Assembly: GCA_963845535.1 (NCBI GenBank)
Contig: CAWJSK010000023.1
Location: forward strand, 64,001-128,000
Source of the DNA: an uncultured Spirochaetota bacterium
GTDB taxonomy: Bacteria > Spirochaetota > Spirochaetia > SZUA-6 > Fen-1364
Length of the DNA: 64,000 nt
Direction of reading: 5' to 3'
Numbering within the stretch: position 1 is the first letter of the stretch; every line of letters begins with the position of its first letter. The notes beneath the pieces were generated by a model. That model was given only the letters and a program-made list of their open reading frames with translations, was not told the origin of the DNA and searched no databases. The position numbers and the translations under genes are program-made. Below are positions 29,601 through 39,327 of this stretch, piece by piece.

Positions 29601-30088
29601 GCGTTCGCGGCCAGGGAACGGTTTTCGAGATTTCCTTTCCCGTCACGGAGACCGGCCCGGTCACGGCAACCATCTCCGCGGATGCCGCCCCGACTGCCCG
29701 GGGCCACGAAACGATCATGATCGTCGACGACGAGGCGGACCTTAGGAGTCTCGTGAGGATCACCCTGGGGGAACGGGGCTACACGGTGATCGAGGCCGCT
29801 GACGGGATTGAGGCCGTGGAGCTGTTCCAGGCAAGCTCCACCCCCATCGACCTCGTCCTCATCGACCTCATCATGCCGCGGCTGGGCGGACGGGAGACGT
29901 ACGTGAAAATGCGGGAGCTCGATCCACGGATCAAGGCGCTTTTTGCGACCGGCTACGGGATTGACGACAAGACGGAAGACCTGCTTGCAACGGGCGCCTT
30001 GGGGATCATCAGGAAACCCTACGAGGTGGAGTCAGTGGAAAAGGAGATACGGCGCATCCTCGACGCCCCGGTTCAGTCCCCGCCATAG
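26669..30088 (+). CDS. Hybrid sensor histidine kinase (HisKA-7TM-like, GAF, PAS, HisKA, HATPase, REC)
   Basis: Multi-TM N-terminus; AHDFNNIL H-box, [20 protein letters not shown] and GTGLGL boxes; C-terminal receiver (VDDE, IDLIMP, KP). Confidence 0.93.
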   Translation: MLVYAATIKFLALIGYVVLLFVCLRSRVAPSLKLHFALYLLGLGFWQLTSLVLTVTSSPRAALFWYNMEVSSLGLQSVIFLPLTRTFLQIRSRPGISIAAYVMCVAVVMAGVLGISFSGVVLGGSGYFIPTLAPAAYGVSFVGYFFWIWGVSALVAGLRRERLRLQRNRIQYVLLGALTVMAGIATNYTSLQAYPVDTVCALINAVLVAYSVTRYRLVDTGLVLRRALTIMLLAVIGIGGYILFSYVAGLVAQPAGRWEFSVPGLVGFIILFSLFILLGWKSVKPLIDRIAGRRTLSYDRVLEQFSQAARSELEIGKLKSLVVQTAVDAVGAERGCLLSGRGPSDDYTADSVFGSWPAELNGFSVKSSDDFVRALKGRKFPLWEQELALNPGLAYLRPLCEPFFQVTGTSVAIPVIQEESLQGILCLGNRVSDGLYGTEDLRFLSTLANVAASTFAVALNYREIRRQLSIQTFLFVLSESLVRFAGSEEAIRTALGVLRDFLGVEDCFVLALGRAGEVRVHSIREPAPRLEEQLTWVGASLAAGKGKRRSDPRFAEALDASGMELMDHHPGTSLVSSLTYLPLSSGGELMGFLALTGRRGDGAGREDSAFSGAFRAILSQGLLSLRHVSELRALKERYQSLFESVLDAVITFSEDGRLIDTNPAGRELFGISTGEGGDWNLSRNCRLQPEEFSALQTELAERGSIRDFEMHLQGPPGGARTVLFSGGVDDRSPSSQRVVHGILRDVTEQRELQRQLLQAQKMESIGTMAGGIAHDFNNILTAAIGYAKLIREDIADPDSVLSHLRIVESSMHRATDLTRRLLSFAREGIVDRRPVRINDIVLETVQLLRRSLDLSIDVRTECQPELPAIMGDHGQIHQMLMNLCVNAGDAMPHGGVLSLKTRLKESFGSREGPAAGAQEKRRVLLEVSDTGTGIEAGHLPRIFDPFFTTKGPGKGTGLGLSIVYGIVQRHGGRIEVSSVRGQGTVFEISFPVTETGPVTATISADAAPTARGHETIMIVDDEADLRSLVRITLGERGYTVIEAADGIEAVELFQASSTPIDLVLIDLIMPRLGGRETYVKMRELDPRIKALFATGYGIDDKTEDLLATGALGIIRKPYEVESVEKEIRRILDAPVQSPP

Positions 30089-30795
30089 CGGGCGTCGTAC
30101 AGGTCGTTCTGCAGCGTCCGGGATATCGTCAGCGCCGTGTCCCGCGCAAGCTGATCGAAGCCGTTCTGAAGGTCTTCCTCCGAAAGGCTTGCAAGCGCGG
30201 CGGTGGTCACGAAGCTCCCCAGCGTGGAGTCCAGGCCGAACATGCCGGGAGTGGCTGTCCGATCCACCTCGATGTCCCTTCGCCACACGATTGTCTTTTC
30301 CCCGTTGCTGAAGAGGTTGACGGTAAGCTTCATCCGCAGGCTCACCGCGCTCGTCCACGAGCTTGCATGGACGCCCCATTTGTGGATGTCGAAGTCAAGC
30401 AGGTATTCCGCGGAATCAGCGTCGTTTTCCTGCTTCGCCTCGAGGACGCTGAGACACGTGGTATACGATTCGTCGCGGACCATCCCCGGCACGTCGACCA
30501 CCTGGAGGGCCTGCCGCATGAGCGTCTGGACCCGGTCCGCGTTCGCCGCTTTCGCGATGTTCCCGCCCACACTGAGAGCCGCCATGAATGGGCTGGAGAA
30601 ATCGATGTAGTAATGCACGTCCATGTTCGGCTCCGGAGGCAGGCGCATCTGGACCGCCATCGTGTGGTCTTGCAGGTCGAACTCCCCGAGCCTGTTGATG
30701 GTTGTGCAGGAGACAAGGGCGAGCGCGCCGATCACGGCTGAGAGACCTGCCGCGCGCGCGAGTATTGCGTTGGTCTTCCATTTTCTTTCTTTCAT
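30073..30795 (-). CDS. Putative lipoprotein
   Basis: AAGGAG RBS; basic N-terminus, hydrophobic stretch and LVSC lipobox. Confidence 0.75.
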   Translation of the reverse strand: MKERKWKTNAILARAAGLSAVIGALALVSCTTINRLGEFDLQDHTMAVQMRLPPEPNMDVHYYIDFSSPFMAALSVGGNIAKAANADRVQTLMRQALQVVDVPGMVRDESYTTCLSVLEAKQENDADSAEYLLDFDIHKWGVHASSWTSAVSLRMKLTVNLFSNGEKTIVWRRDIEVDRTATPGMFGLDSTLGSFVTTAALASLSEEDLQNGFDQLARDTALTISRTLQNDLYDARYGGD

Positions 30796-30805
30796 GGCTT
30801 GCTCC

Positions 30806-32271
30806 TTAGAACACTTCCCGAACCGTTTTCTGCCACCCTTCGTCCGGCCGGACCCCCGCGTCAGCCAGCGCGCGGGAAAGCGACATCAGCTCCCGCCAGG
30901 CGCGTTCATCCGCCGCCCGTCTCACCGTCCCGCCGTTGAGATGCACAGGGAATGCCTGAACGTACCGCACCTTCCCATTATAGACCCCGAGCCTCAGGAT
31001 CACAGAGTCCTGTCCGCCCGGGGTCCCCTGCATGCCGGGGAAGATGAAGTTGCCCAGCGAATAGGCGATCAGCCGACCATCAAAGGCTTCCATGCCTTCC
31101 AGGACGTGCGGGTGTGCTCCAATGACGAGGTCCGCCCCCTGGCGCACGAGCTGCCGGTAGAGCCGCCGCTGCTCCGACGTCGGGGTCGCGCTCCACTCCG
31201 TGCCTCCATGGACAAACGCGATGTTGAATGCGCCATCACCGGAGAACGCCCTGCCCGCGGCGGCAAGGCCCTGCCGGTCCAGCCACAGGATCCCCGGTCG
31301 TGAATCCTGCGCGCGTTCAACCACCCGGCCGTCAAACCCGGTTCTGTCTACGGGAAATGCGCCGAAGGAGAGGACGCGTACTTCCTGCGCGCCGACCTTT
31401 ACCACCGCCGGTCGGCCGGCTTCTTCCCGGTTTGCTCCCGCTCCCGAGGTCATGATCTTCCACGTCGAGAGGGCCGCGAGGGTCTGGAGGAATCCCGGGA
31501 GGCCGAAATCGAAGGTATGATTGTTGGCGAGCGACAGGTAGGAGAAGCCTGCCTGCTTCAGCGCGCCCACGGCGTCAGGAAGGAAGCGAAACGTGTAGCT
31601 CTTGTCCTGCGCCGTCCCTGACGACGCGGCAGAAGATTCCAGGTTCCCGAGAAGGAAGCCGCTTCCCCGCAGAAGCGCCAGTGTGTCACCGAAAACTCTT
31701 TCCAGGCCACCCCGTGCAATCAAAGCGCGGTCAACGCCGCGCGCGGGCATAATGTCCCCGACCGCCTCGATCCATGCGATCTGCGTCGCCGCGCCGGGAG
31801 GGGGGGAGGGAGCCGCGAATACCACTGGCGCAGCCTTCCGTCCGAGCTTTTCAGCTCGAGGCACACGTTGACGCGCATGGGATACCCGGGCTCATCGGGA
31901 AGCGAGCCGTCCAGGGGAAGGGCGACGTCAGGAAGCGAGACCGCGCACAGGGGGAGCGTACGAACCCCACCGCGGGCAACATCCGCCCTGGTTGCCGCGC
32001 TTCTCTCATCTCCGAGCCTGGCAACAGGGACAAGCGGCATGAGCCCGACTATCTTCCCGGGACCGCCGAGGCTCACGCTGATGCTGTCCCCCGGAGGGTC
32101 GAAGCCCGGAGGCAGGCGCACCTCCTCGGTTGCGGCCGGCAGGGGAAAAGCCTCCACCAGTCTGCGCCACTGCGGCCACAGGTCGTCCGTGGCCTGGACA
32201 AACACAGCAGAGCAGGAAGGGCGAAGAGCGGCGGCGCCCAGCGCCAGGGTGAGGAGGATGATACGCGACAT
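30806..32271 (-). CDS. CapA/PgsA-family metallophosphatase, split by an indel at the G7 run 31800-31806
   Basis: AVGDIM, GNLES, LANNHTFDFG, HGGTE, GAHPHV and YSLGNFIF motifs; the N-terminal signal-peptide part lies in another frame. Confidence 0.85.
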
Positions 32272-32339
32272 GACGGCGCCGGGAGCATAGACCGCGGGAT
32301 GGCCGGTGACAAGGAGCCTGCGCCGGGCTATCATAAGGC

Positions 32340-33743
32340 ATGGCCCGGCATATAGAAGTCTTCGACACGACGCTTCGTGACGGCAACAAGCTTCCTTTTG
32401 TCGTCCTTTCACCGGATGACCGCGTCGTGCTTGCGGCGCAGCTTGCCCGGTTGGGCGTCGATGTCATAGAAGCTGGTTTCCCGGCGGCGTCGCAGGAAGA
32501 ATCGGACTGCGTGGGTCGCGTGTGCGACTCGGTTGAGGGGCCGTACGTCGCGGCCCTGGCCCGCGCGCTGCCCGGTGACGTGGAGAAGGCGCTCAAGATA
32601 TTGTCACGAGCACACAAAGCTTACCTGCACATTTTCATGGGCGTTTCTCCGGAGTTCCTCACGCACGTGCTCAAGATCAAGGAAGAGCAGGCGCTTTTGG
32701 CCATCACGGACTGCGTGCGCTCCGCAAAATCCGCCGGCATCCGCGTGCAGTTCTCCTTGAGCGAGGCGCCCCATGCCCGGAGTGAGTTCCGCAGGAGCGT
32801 GTTCGAAGCGGCGCGGGACGCCGGTGCGGACGTGATCAACCTGGCGGATACCAACGGAGTCCTTACTCCGGAGGACACCTCCGCCATGGTCGCGGAGCTG
32901 GAATCCGTTCTGGGACAAAACGCCAGGACAGTAATCGGAATGCACTGCCACAACGACCTTGGCCTGGCCACCGCAAACACCATTGCCGCCGTGGCGGCGG
33001 GCGCTTCTCACGTGGAGGTCACCATTGGCGGCTTCGGTGAGCGGGCGGGCAACGCCGCCTTGGAGGAGGTGGCATTCCTCATGACCGTCCTGGCCCGCCG
33101 TCACGGGATTTCCCATGGGATCAAGCTGGAGGAGATTGCGCGCACGGCGCGCCTGTTCGACAGCCTCACCGGGGTGCGCACGCATCCGAACAAGGCCATC
33201 ATCGGCCAATGCGCCTTCATGCCCGCGCCGGGCGGATTTTCCGGGAGGTCGCTCACGCCTGAGCTGCGCAGGCTGATGCGGGAGAGCACCATCGGCAGGC
33301 AGCCTGATGACGCCGCGCTCCTGCCGCCCGTGCGGGAGCGTACGGGCCCGTACGAGCTGGAGTCCTTCAACGTGATGAGCGCATCGCACTCTCCGCCGGT
33401 GGGAGTGGTGGTCATCAGGAGGGACGGAAAGGCGCTCACCCAGACCTCGCATGGCAACGGCCCCATTGACGCCCTGTTTCATGCCGTGGACAAGGCGCTG
33501 GGGTTCGCCACGCGGTTGGTGCAGTACTCCGTGTCGACGATAGGCTCGGGGACCGACGCCATGACGGAAGTCATCGTGACCGTGGAGCTTCGCGGCAGGC
33601 GCTTCCACGGGCGTCACCGCAGCACCGACGTCATCGAGGCCAGCCTCAGGGCTTACATGAGCGCCTGTAATGCCATTGGGGAATCAGGGATCCTCGAAGG
33701 TCCATCGGACTTCCACGTTACCGGGGAGTACCTCTGGGAGTAG
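32340..33743 (+). CDS. 2-isopropylmalate synthase-like (DRE-TIM plus LeuA regulatory domain), atypical
   Basis: DTTLRDG, IEAGFP, HCHNDLG, GERAGN and NKAIIG motifs; C-terminal GNGPIDA...STDVIEAS allosteric domain. Confidence 0.85.
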   Translation: MARHIEVFDTTLRDGNKLPFVVLSPDDRVVLAAQLARLGVDVIEAGFPAASQEESDCVGRVCDSVEGPYVAALARALPGDVEKALKILSRAHKAYLHIFMGVSPEFLTHVLKIKEEQALLAITDCVRSAKSAGIRVQFSLSEAPHARSEFRRSVFEAARDAGADVINLADTNGVLTPEDTSAMVAELESVLGQNARTVIGMHCHNDLGLATANTIAAVAAGASHVEVTIGGFGERAGNAALEEVAFLMTVLARRHGISHGIKLEEIARTARLFDSLTGVRTHPNKAIIGQCAFMPAPGGFSGRSLTPELRRLMRESTIGRQPDDAALLPPVRERTGPYELESFNVMSASHSPPVGVVVIRRDGKALTQTSHGNGPIDALFHAVDKALGFATRLVQYSVSTIGSGTDAMTEVIVTVELRGRRFHGRHRSTDVIEASLRAYMSACNAIGESGILEGPSDFHVTGEYLWE

Positions 33744-33788
33744 GGCAGCTCGCGTCGCTTTGACAAGCACCGCGTAAAGATGTCTACC

Positions 33789-34352
33789 TTAACTGTTCAC
33801 TCGTTCCTGGTATTCGCGGGTTTCCGTGTTCACGAGGATCCGGTCTCCGGTCTTGATAAAGAGAGGCACCTTTACCTTCAGCCCTGTTTCACACGTAATC
33901 ACCTTGGTTGCGCCGCTCACCGTGTCACCGCGCTCTGCCTTCTCAGCCTCGGAGACGGTGAAGATCATCTTCGTGGGAAGCTTGATGTCGATGGGAGTCT
34001 GCTCCCAGAAGACGACCTGGTAGTTCTCCCCGTCCTTGAGGAAGTCCCGCTTCTCCTCTTCCCCCTCGATGGCGATGCTGAACTGCTCGTACGTTTTCGT
34101 GTCCATGAACGCGTAATTTTCGGCGTCTGCGTAGAGGAACTGCACTTCCTTGTACTCAACCGACACGTCCTCCAGGTTGTCCTGGACCTTGTTGGTCTGC
34201 CGAAGGACCGATCCCGTCTTGATGTTCTTCAGCCGGAGGCGCACGAAGGCAGAGCCCTTGCCGGGGTTGACGTACTCCCGCTCGACGCAGACGTGGGGCT
34301 GGTTGTTGATGAGGATGAACGTGCCTTTTGCAATATCGCTCGCCTTGATCAT
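33789..34352 (-). CDS. efp: Elongation factor P
   Basis: PGKG loop, QFLY, GDT.SG..K, ETG...VPLFI..GD motifs. Confidence 0.97.
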   Translation of the reverse strand: MIKASDIAKGTFILINNQPHVCVEREYVNPGKGSAFVRLRLKNIKTGSVLRQTNKVQDNLEDVSVEYKEVQFLYADAENYAFMDTKTYEQFSIAIEGEEEKRDFLKDGENYQVVFWEQTPIDIKLPTKMIFTVSEAEKAERGDTVSGATKVITCETGLKVKVPLFIKTGDRILVNTETREYQERVNS

Positions 34353-34372
34353 GTGCTTCCTTTCAGGAGGGA

Positions 34373-35362
34373 TTATCGCGGCACTATATCCGAAAACGGG
34401 AAATTAATCACCCCCTGAATGGACTTTTCTCCCGAAAAGACCATTTCCAGGCGGTCCACGCCGAGCGCGGTCCCGCTCACGGCCGGAAAGCCGGGAGGAA
34501 ACACGGAAGCCAGTCCGGTATCCGCGGCGTGCTGGACACGGCACTTCTTTTTCCGTTCCTGTTCTTCGCGCAGCAGCGCCTCCAGCGCGCGCGGATCCGT
34601 TTCCTCCGTGTAGCAGTTTGCTATCTCCGCACCGTCGATGAACAGCTCCCACCTCTCCGCCCAGGGCGTGCCCGCGGAGCGCCGCGCGGTTGTCGGGACC
34701 AGGGCCGGGTAATCCATGAGCACGAGCGGCCGGCCCCGCGGAAGCGCCGGCTCGACGGAGGTGAGGAAGACGATGTGGAAAGCTTCCTCCCACGTGCATC
34801 CCCGCGGTACCGCGATGCCTGCCGCCCGCGCCGCCGTGACAAGGGTTTCCACGTCCTGGCACCGGGAAAGGTCGATGCCGGCATGGCGTCGAAACGCGTC
34901 CTCCATGGAAAGGCGTTTGAAAGGCGGTGAGAGCTCCAGCGCTTTGTCCTCCCACCCGGACAGGAGCAGATGCCGGAACAGCCCTTCCAACGCGTCGATC
35001 GACCGGCGATATCCGCTGCCCACGGTGTACCACTCCAGCAGCCGAAACTCGGGGTTGTGGAGAGGGCTTCCGAAATCCCCGTTGCGGAAGCTCCGGCTGA
35101 TCTGAAAGATGTTCCCGCTGCCGGCCCCCAGGAGACGCTTCATCCACAGCTCGGGGGACGGAATGAGCCACAGGTCGCGGCTTTTGCCGCCCGACCCGTT
35201 GTACCGGGTCTGAAACACCTCGATTGACGGCTCGGGGATGAGAAACGGAGCCAGGGTCGGCGTCTCCACTTCGATGTATCCGTGCCCGGTGAAGTAGTCC
35301 CTGATCTCAGCGATGAACCGGGCGTGCGTTTCCAGGCGTTCCCTCAGGGCAGAATCGATCAC
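34373..35362 (-). CDS. epmA: EF-P beta-lysine ligase EpmA
   Basis: EVETP, SPELWMKRLL, FRN....HNPEF..LEWY, EIANCYTE and G.ALGVDRL motifs; adjacent to efp. Confidence 0.92.
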   Translation of the reverse strand: MIDSALRERLETHARFIAEIRDYFTGHGYIEVETPTLAPFLIPEPSIEVFQTRYNGSGGKSRDLWLIPSPELWMKRLLGAGSGNIFQISRSFRNGDFGSPLHNPEFRLLEWYTVGSGYRRSIDALEGLFRHLLLSGWEDKALELSPPFKRLSMEDAFRRHAGIDLSRCQDVETLVTAARAAGIAVPRGCTWEEAFHIVFLTSVEPALPRGRPLVLMDYPALVPTTARRSAGTPWAERWELFIDGAEIANCYTEETDPRALEALLREEQERKKKCRVQHAADTGLASVFPPGFPAVSGTALGVDRLEMVFSGEKSIQGVINFPFSDIVPR

Positions 35363-35425
35363 ACGGGGAGTATAGCACGATGAAGAATAGACACGACGCC
35401 GGCCGGTTCGTATATTGGTACAACC

Positions 35426-38389
35426 ATGACTACCCGTCATTCCATCGGCGCGTTCGAGGTGCTGGCCCGCCGTGAGCTGCCCGAATACCGTTCCAGCGCC
35501 CTGTACGCGCGCCACGCGGCCACAGGCTGCGAAGTCCTCCATCTGGGGACCGCCGACACGGAAAACCTCTTCGCATTCTGCTTTGCCACTCCGCCCCGTG
35601 ATGATACCGGCGTTTCCCACATCACCGAGCATTCGGTCCTCAGCGGTTCCAAACGCTACCCGTTGAAGGAGCCCTTCTCCGCCCTCATGAAGGGGAGCAT
35701 GCACACGTTTCTGAACGCCCTGACCTACCCGGACAGGACCGTGTACCCGGCGGCAAGCTGCAACAGGGCGGACTTCTTCAATCTCCTCGACGTTTACGGG
35801 GACGCGGTGTTCCATCCGCTCCTTCGCAAAGAGACGTTCATGCAGGAGGGGTGGAGATTGGAGCCGGTGAGCGGCCATGAGGATGAGCTTCAGTACGCCG
35901 GCGTCGTCTACAACGAGATGAAAGGGGCGTATTCCAGCCCTGAATCGATCGTGGGGGAGTGGGCGTTCCGGTCCCTTTTCCCCGACACCCCGTACCGCTT
36001 CGACTCGGGCGGGGATCCGAAGTTCCTGCCCTCCCTGACCCTCGAGCAGGCTCGCGAGTTCCACCACCGCTACTATCATCCCTCGAACTGCCGGATCTTC
36101 CTCTACGGCAACATCCCCGTGGAGGAGACGCTGTCCGTGCTTCACGAGCGTTTCCTTTCAGGATTCACGGCGCAGACCATCGAGTCGTCAATCCCCATCC
36201 AGCTTCGCTGGAAAGAGCCGCGCCGGCTCCAGAAGACGTTCCCGGTCAAGCCGGACACCCCGCTTTCCTCCCGGTCCAGCGTGACGTTGAGCTGGCTGCT
36301 TCCCGGGACGGCTGATCCTTTCCTGGTCCTGATGTATGAGATGCTCTCGGAAGTCCTGATCGGCAGCGCGGGCTCGCCGCTTCGCAAGAGCCTCGTGGAC
36401 TCGGCGCTCGGCCAGGACCTTTCTCCGGTCAGCGGGTTGGAGACCGACCTCAGGGAGCTCGTGTTCGCCGTGGGCCTTCGCGGCACCGAGCCGGACAGGG
36501 CGGAGCAGGTGAGCGGGCTCGTGCTGAAGACGCTGGAGACGCTGGTCTCGAAAGGGCTGGACTCCCGGCTCGTCGAGTCCATGATGAACAGGGTGGAGTT
36601 CCGCCACCGAGAGATCCGGGGAAACGGATCCCCATACGCCCTGAGGCTCATGGGGAGGGCGTTTCGAGGATGGGTTCACGGAATTGATCCTCTCCAGTCC
36701 CTGGAGTTCGACTCCGTCATGGCGCGTGTGAAGTCCAGCCTTGCGCAGGATCCACGGGCATTGTTGAAGCTGATCGAGACAGGGCTCATGGCGAATCCGC
36801 ACAGGGTCACCCTCACCGTCAGCCCGGATCGGACGCAGGAACAGCAGGAAACCGACTCGGAGAAGGCACGCGTCGCGGAAGCGGTCCGCCGTCTTGCGCC
36901 ACAGGAGCGCGGCAAGCTGCTGGCGGACGCAAAAGATTTCCGCGCCTATCAGCTTGCCCCTGATCCGCAGGAGGCAATTGCCCTCCTGCCGACTCTTCTG
37001 CGCAAGGATCTTCCCGCGGAGATCGAGCGGATCCCCGCACAGGAGATCGCGACCCCGTCCGGCGTCCCGCTGACGCTGCATGACATCTTCACGAACGAAG
37101 TGGTCTACGTCGATCTTGCTTTTTCCACGGAGGGCATTTCCGGAGACCGGACGCTCCTCCTTCCTCTCTTCGGGAAGGCGGTCAGCGGATGCGGGCTTGC
37201 GGGCAGGAGCTATGACAAAGTGGCACTGGACCTTTTCCGCCTGACGGGCGGGTTCGGCGCCTCCCTGGACGCCGGGGGAATCGTCGGTGAGGAGCGGTCC
37301 TTCGGCCAGCACGCGTTCTTCCGGATGCGCTGCCTCCGCAAGAACCTTGCCGAAGCGGCGGCGCTCGTGGCGTCCCTGCTCTCCGGGGCGGATTTCCGCG
37401 ACTCCGCGCGGCTTCGTGACCTGGTGCTTGAGCTCAGAAACGGAATGAAAGCCGCGCTCGTGCCGGGCGGGCATCAGTTCGCCATGACGCGGGCGGCCAG
37501 CATGCTTTCCGCCTCTGTTGCCCGGGAGGAGCAGTGGAAGGGCATCACGCAGCTTCTCTTCCTGGAGGACCTCACTCGGGACCTGGACGCGCGTCTTCCC
37601 TGGATCACGCAGACGCTCGAGTCCATACGGGAAGACCTTCTGGCGCGGACGAACATGCTTGCCAACGCCACGGCGGTGAAAGCGGCCTTCGCGGAGACCG
37701 CTCAGGCCGTGGAGATCATTGCGCAAGCGCTCCCCAAGACTTCCCCGCGCCGGGCTGACTCGACCTGGCGGGCGGCCGCACAGGAAGGTTCGCCCCGGGC
37801 CGAGTCTCTGCTTTCCAGCGCGTCCGTGGGGTATGTTGCCCGGGCAATCCCCGGCTTCCGCTATGAACACCCCAACGATGGTCCCGCCGCGGTCCTGGGG
37901 CACCTTCTCTCCACCGGCTACCTCTGGGAAAAAGTGCGCATGGAGGGCGGCGCCTACGGGGCATTCTCCTTCCCCCGCCACATGGAGGGCCTCTTCCTCT
38001 TCGGGTCATATCGCGACCCTCACATCGCCGGCACCCTTGCGAGGTTTCGCGAGGCGCTTCAGTTCATGGAAGGCCCCGAGCTGAAAGAGGATGAGGTCGA
38101 AAAAGCGGTCATAGGCACGATTGGCAGGGAAGACCGGCCCATGGACCCTGGTGAGAAAGGCTTCGTGAGCCTTCAGCGCAGGCTCCACGGGGTCACTGAC
38201 GACATACGGCAAAAGCGCCGGGACAGGCTCATTGCGACCCGCCGCGAAGACGTGGTCAGAGCAGCGCGCGAGCTCACCCGGAGCTTCGACCAGGGATTCA
38301 CCTCTGTCATCGCCAACCGCGCATCCTTGAATGGAGCTCAAGCCGTCATCCCTGAGCTCGGCGACAGGTCGATAGATCTTCCGGAATAA
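35426..38389 (+). CDS. M16C (presequence protease/insulinase-like) metallopeptidase
   Basis: HITEH zinc motif, FLNALTYPDRTVYP, GVVYNEMKG and VRMEGGAYG. Confidence 0.93.
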   Translation: MTTRHSIGAFEVLARRELPEYRSSALYARHAATGCEVLHLGTADTENLFAFCFATPPRDDTGVSHITEHSVLSGSKRYPLKEPFSALMKGSMHTFLNALTYPDRTVYPAASCNRADFFNLLDVYGDAVFHPLLRKETFMQEGWRLEPVSGHEDELQYAGVVYNEMKGAYSSPESIVGEWAFRSLFPDTPYRFDSGGDPKFLPSLTLEQAREFHHRYYHPSNCRIFLYGNIPVEETLSVLHERFLSGFTAQTIESSIPIQLRWKEPRRLQKTFPVKPDTPLSSRSSVTLSWLLPGTADPFLVLMYEMLSEVLIGSAGSPLRKSLVDSALGQDLSPVSGLETDLRELVFAVGLRGTEPDRAEQVSGLVLKTLETLVSKGLDSRLVESMMNRVEFRHREIRGNGSPYALRLMGRAFRGWVHGIDPLQSLEFDSVMARVKSSLAQDPRALLKLIETGLMANPHRVTLTVSPDRTQEQQETDSEKARVAEAVRRLAPQERGKLLADAKDFRAYQLAPDPQEAIALLPTLLRKDLPAEIERIPAQEIATPSGVPLTLHDIFTNEVVYVDLAFSTEGISGDRTLLLPLFGKAVSGCGLAGRSYDKVALDLFRLTGGFGASLDAGGIVGEERSFGQHAFFRMRCLRKNLAEAAALVASLLSGADFRDSARLRDLVLELRNGMKAALVPGGHQFAMTRAASMLSASVAREEQWKGITQLLFLEDLTRDLDARLPWITQTLESIREDLLARTNMLANATAVKAAFAETAQAVEIIAQALPKTSPRRADSTWRAAAQEGSPRAESLLSSASVGYVARAIPGFRYEHPNDGPAAVLGHLLSTGYLWEKVRMEGGAYGAFSFPRHMEGLFLFGSYRDPHIAGTLARFREALQFMEGPELKEDEVEKAVIGTIGREDRPMDPGEKGFVSLQRRLHGVTDDIRQKRRDRLIATRREDVVRAARELTRSFDQGFTSVIANRASLNGAQAVIPELGDRSIDLPE

Positions 38390-38398
38390 GGTCGTACG

Positions 38399-39324
38399 AT
38401 GAACCTCGAAGTATTTGTTCTCGGAACGGGGGGCATGATGCCCCTCCCTGGCAGGGGGCTGACGTCGGTCCTCGTGAGGCGCGAAGGGGAGCTCTTCCTC
38501 TTCGACTGCGGAGAGGGGACGCAGATTGGCTTGCGCAGGCTCAACCTGCGCTGGAAGAAGATCACTTCCATCTTCATCTCACACACGCACGCGGACCACG
38601 TGACGGGACTTCCCGGGATCCTGATGCTCTCCTCCCAGGTGGACCGGGACGAGCCGCTGTACATCTACGGCCCGCCGAAAATCCGCGAGTTCGTGGACGC
38701 CATGCGGCGCACGCTCGAGATGTACATCAACTACGAGATCGTCGTGAAGGAAATCGAGGGGAAGTGCGCCATCCTCGAGACGGAGGAGTACGGGATCCGC
38801 TCATTCCCCCTGCAGCACACCAAGCAGTGCCTGGCGTACTGCATCGAGGAAAAGAAGCGCCCGGGAACCTTCTTTCCAGACAAAGCGCTCGCCCTCGGCG
38901 TTCCGCGAGGCCCGCTGTGGTCACGCCTGCAAAGCGGGGAGACAGTCGGGTTGCCGGACGGGACCACCGTCGCGCCGGGCCAGGTCATGGGGACCGAGAG
39001 GAAAGGCCGGAAGTTCTGCTTCGTCACGGACACAATTGCCGCCGCGGGGCTCGCAGGGTTCGTGAGCAAAGCGGACCTTCTCATCTGCGAGGGGATGTTC
39101 GAGGAGGAGCTTGCGGCCACCGCGGCGGAAAAGAAGCATCTCACCGCGGCGCAGGCTGCCCGCATTGCGCGGGAAGCCGACGTCAAGGCAATGGGACTGA
39201 TCCACTACAGCCCGCGCTACGCCGAGCGGGACTTGAAAAAGCTGCTTCAGGAGGCTCGCGAGATCTTCCCGGCTCCTTCCTCACCAGGGATCTCCAGCAC
39301 ATCGACATGCCATTCGAGGACTGA
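38399..39324 (+). CDS. rnz: Ribonuclease Z (indel near the 3' end, C-run 39268-39270)
   Basis: LGTGG.MP, DCGEGTQ, HTHADH, flexible arm with GVPRGP, HYSPRY. The natural-looking C-terminus GSFLTRDLQHIDMPFED is in the adjacent frame. Confidence 0.93.
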
Positions 39325-39327
39325 CAA

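Noticed and set aside
30806..32271. Poly-gamma-glutamate capsule locus
   Set aside because: Only capA is present, without capB or capC; stand-alone CapA homologues are common.
33759..33790. TTGACA-led antisense promoter into efp
   Set aside because: No convincing -10 at 16-18 nt spacing.
35363..36145. Long N-terminal extension of EpmA
   Set aside because: It is antisense to the M16C gene. The EpmA-like sequence begins at GTG 35362, just after a -10 box.
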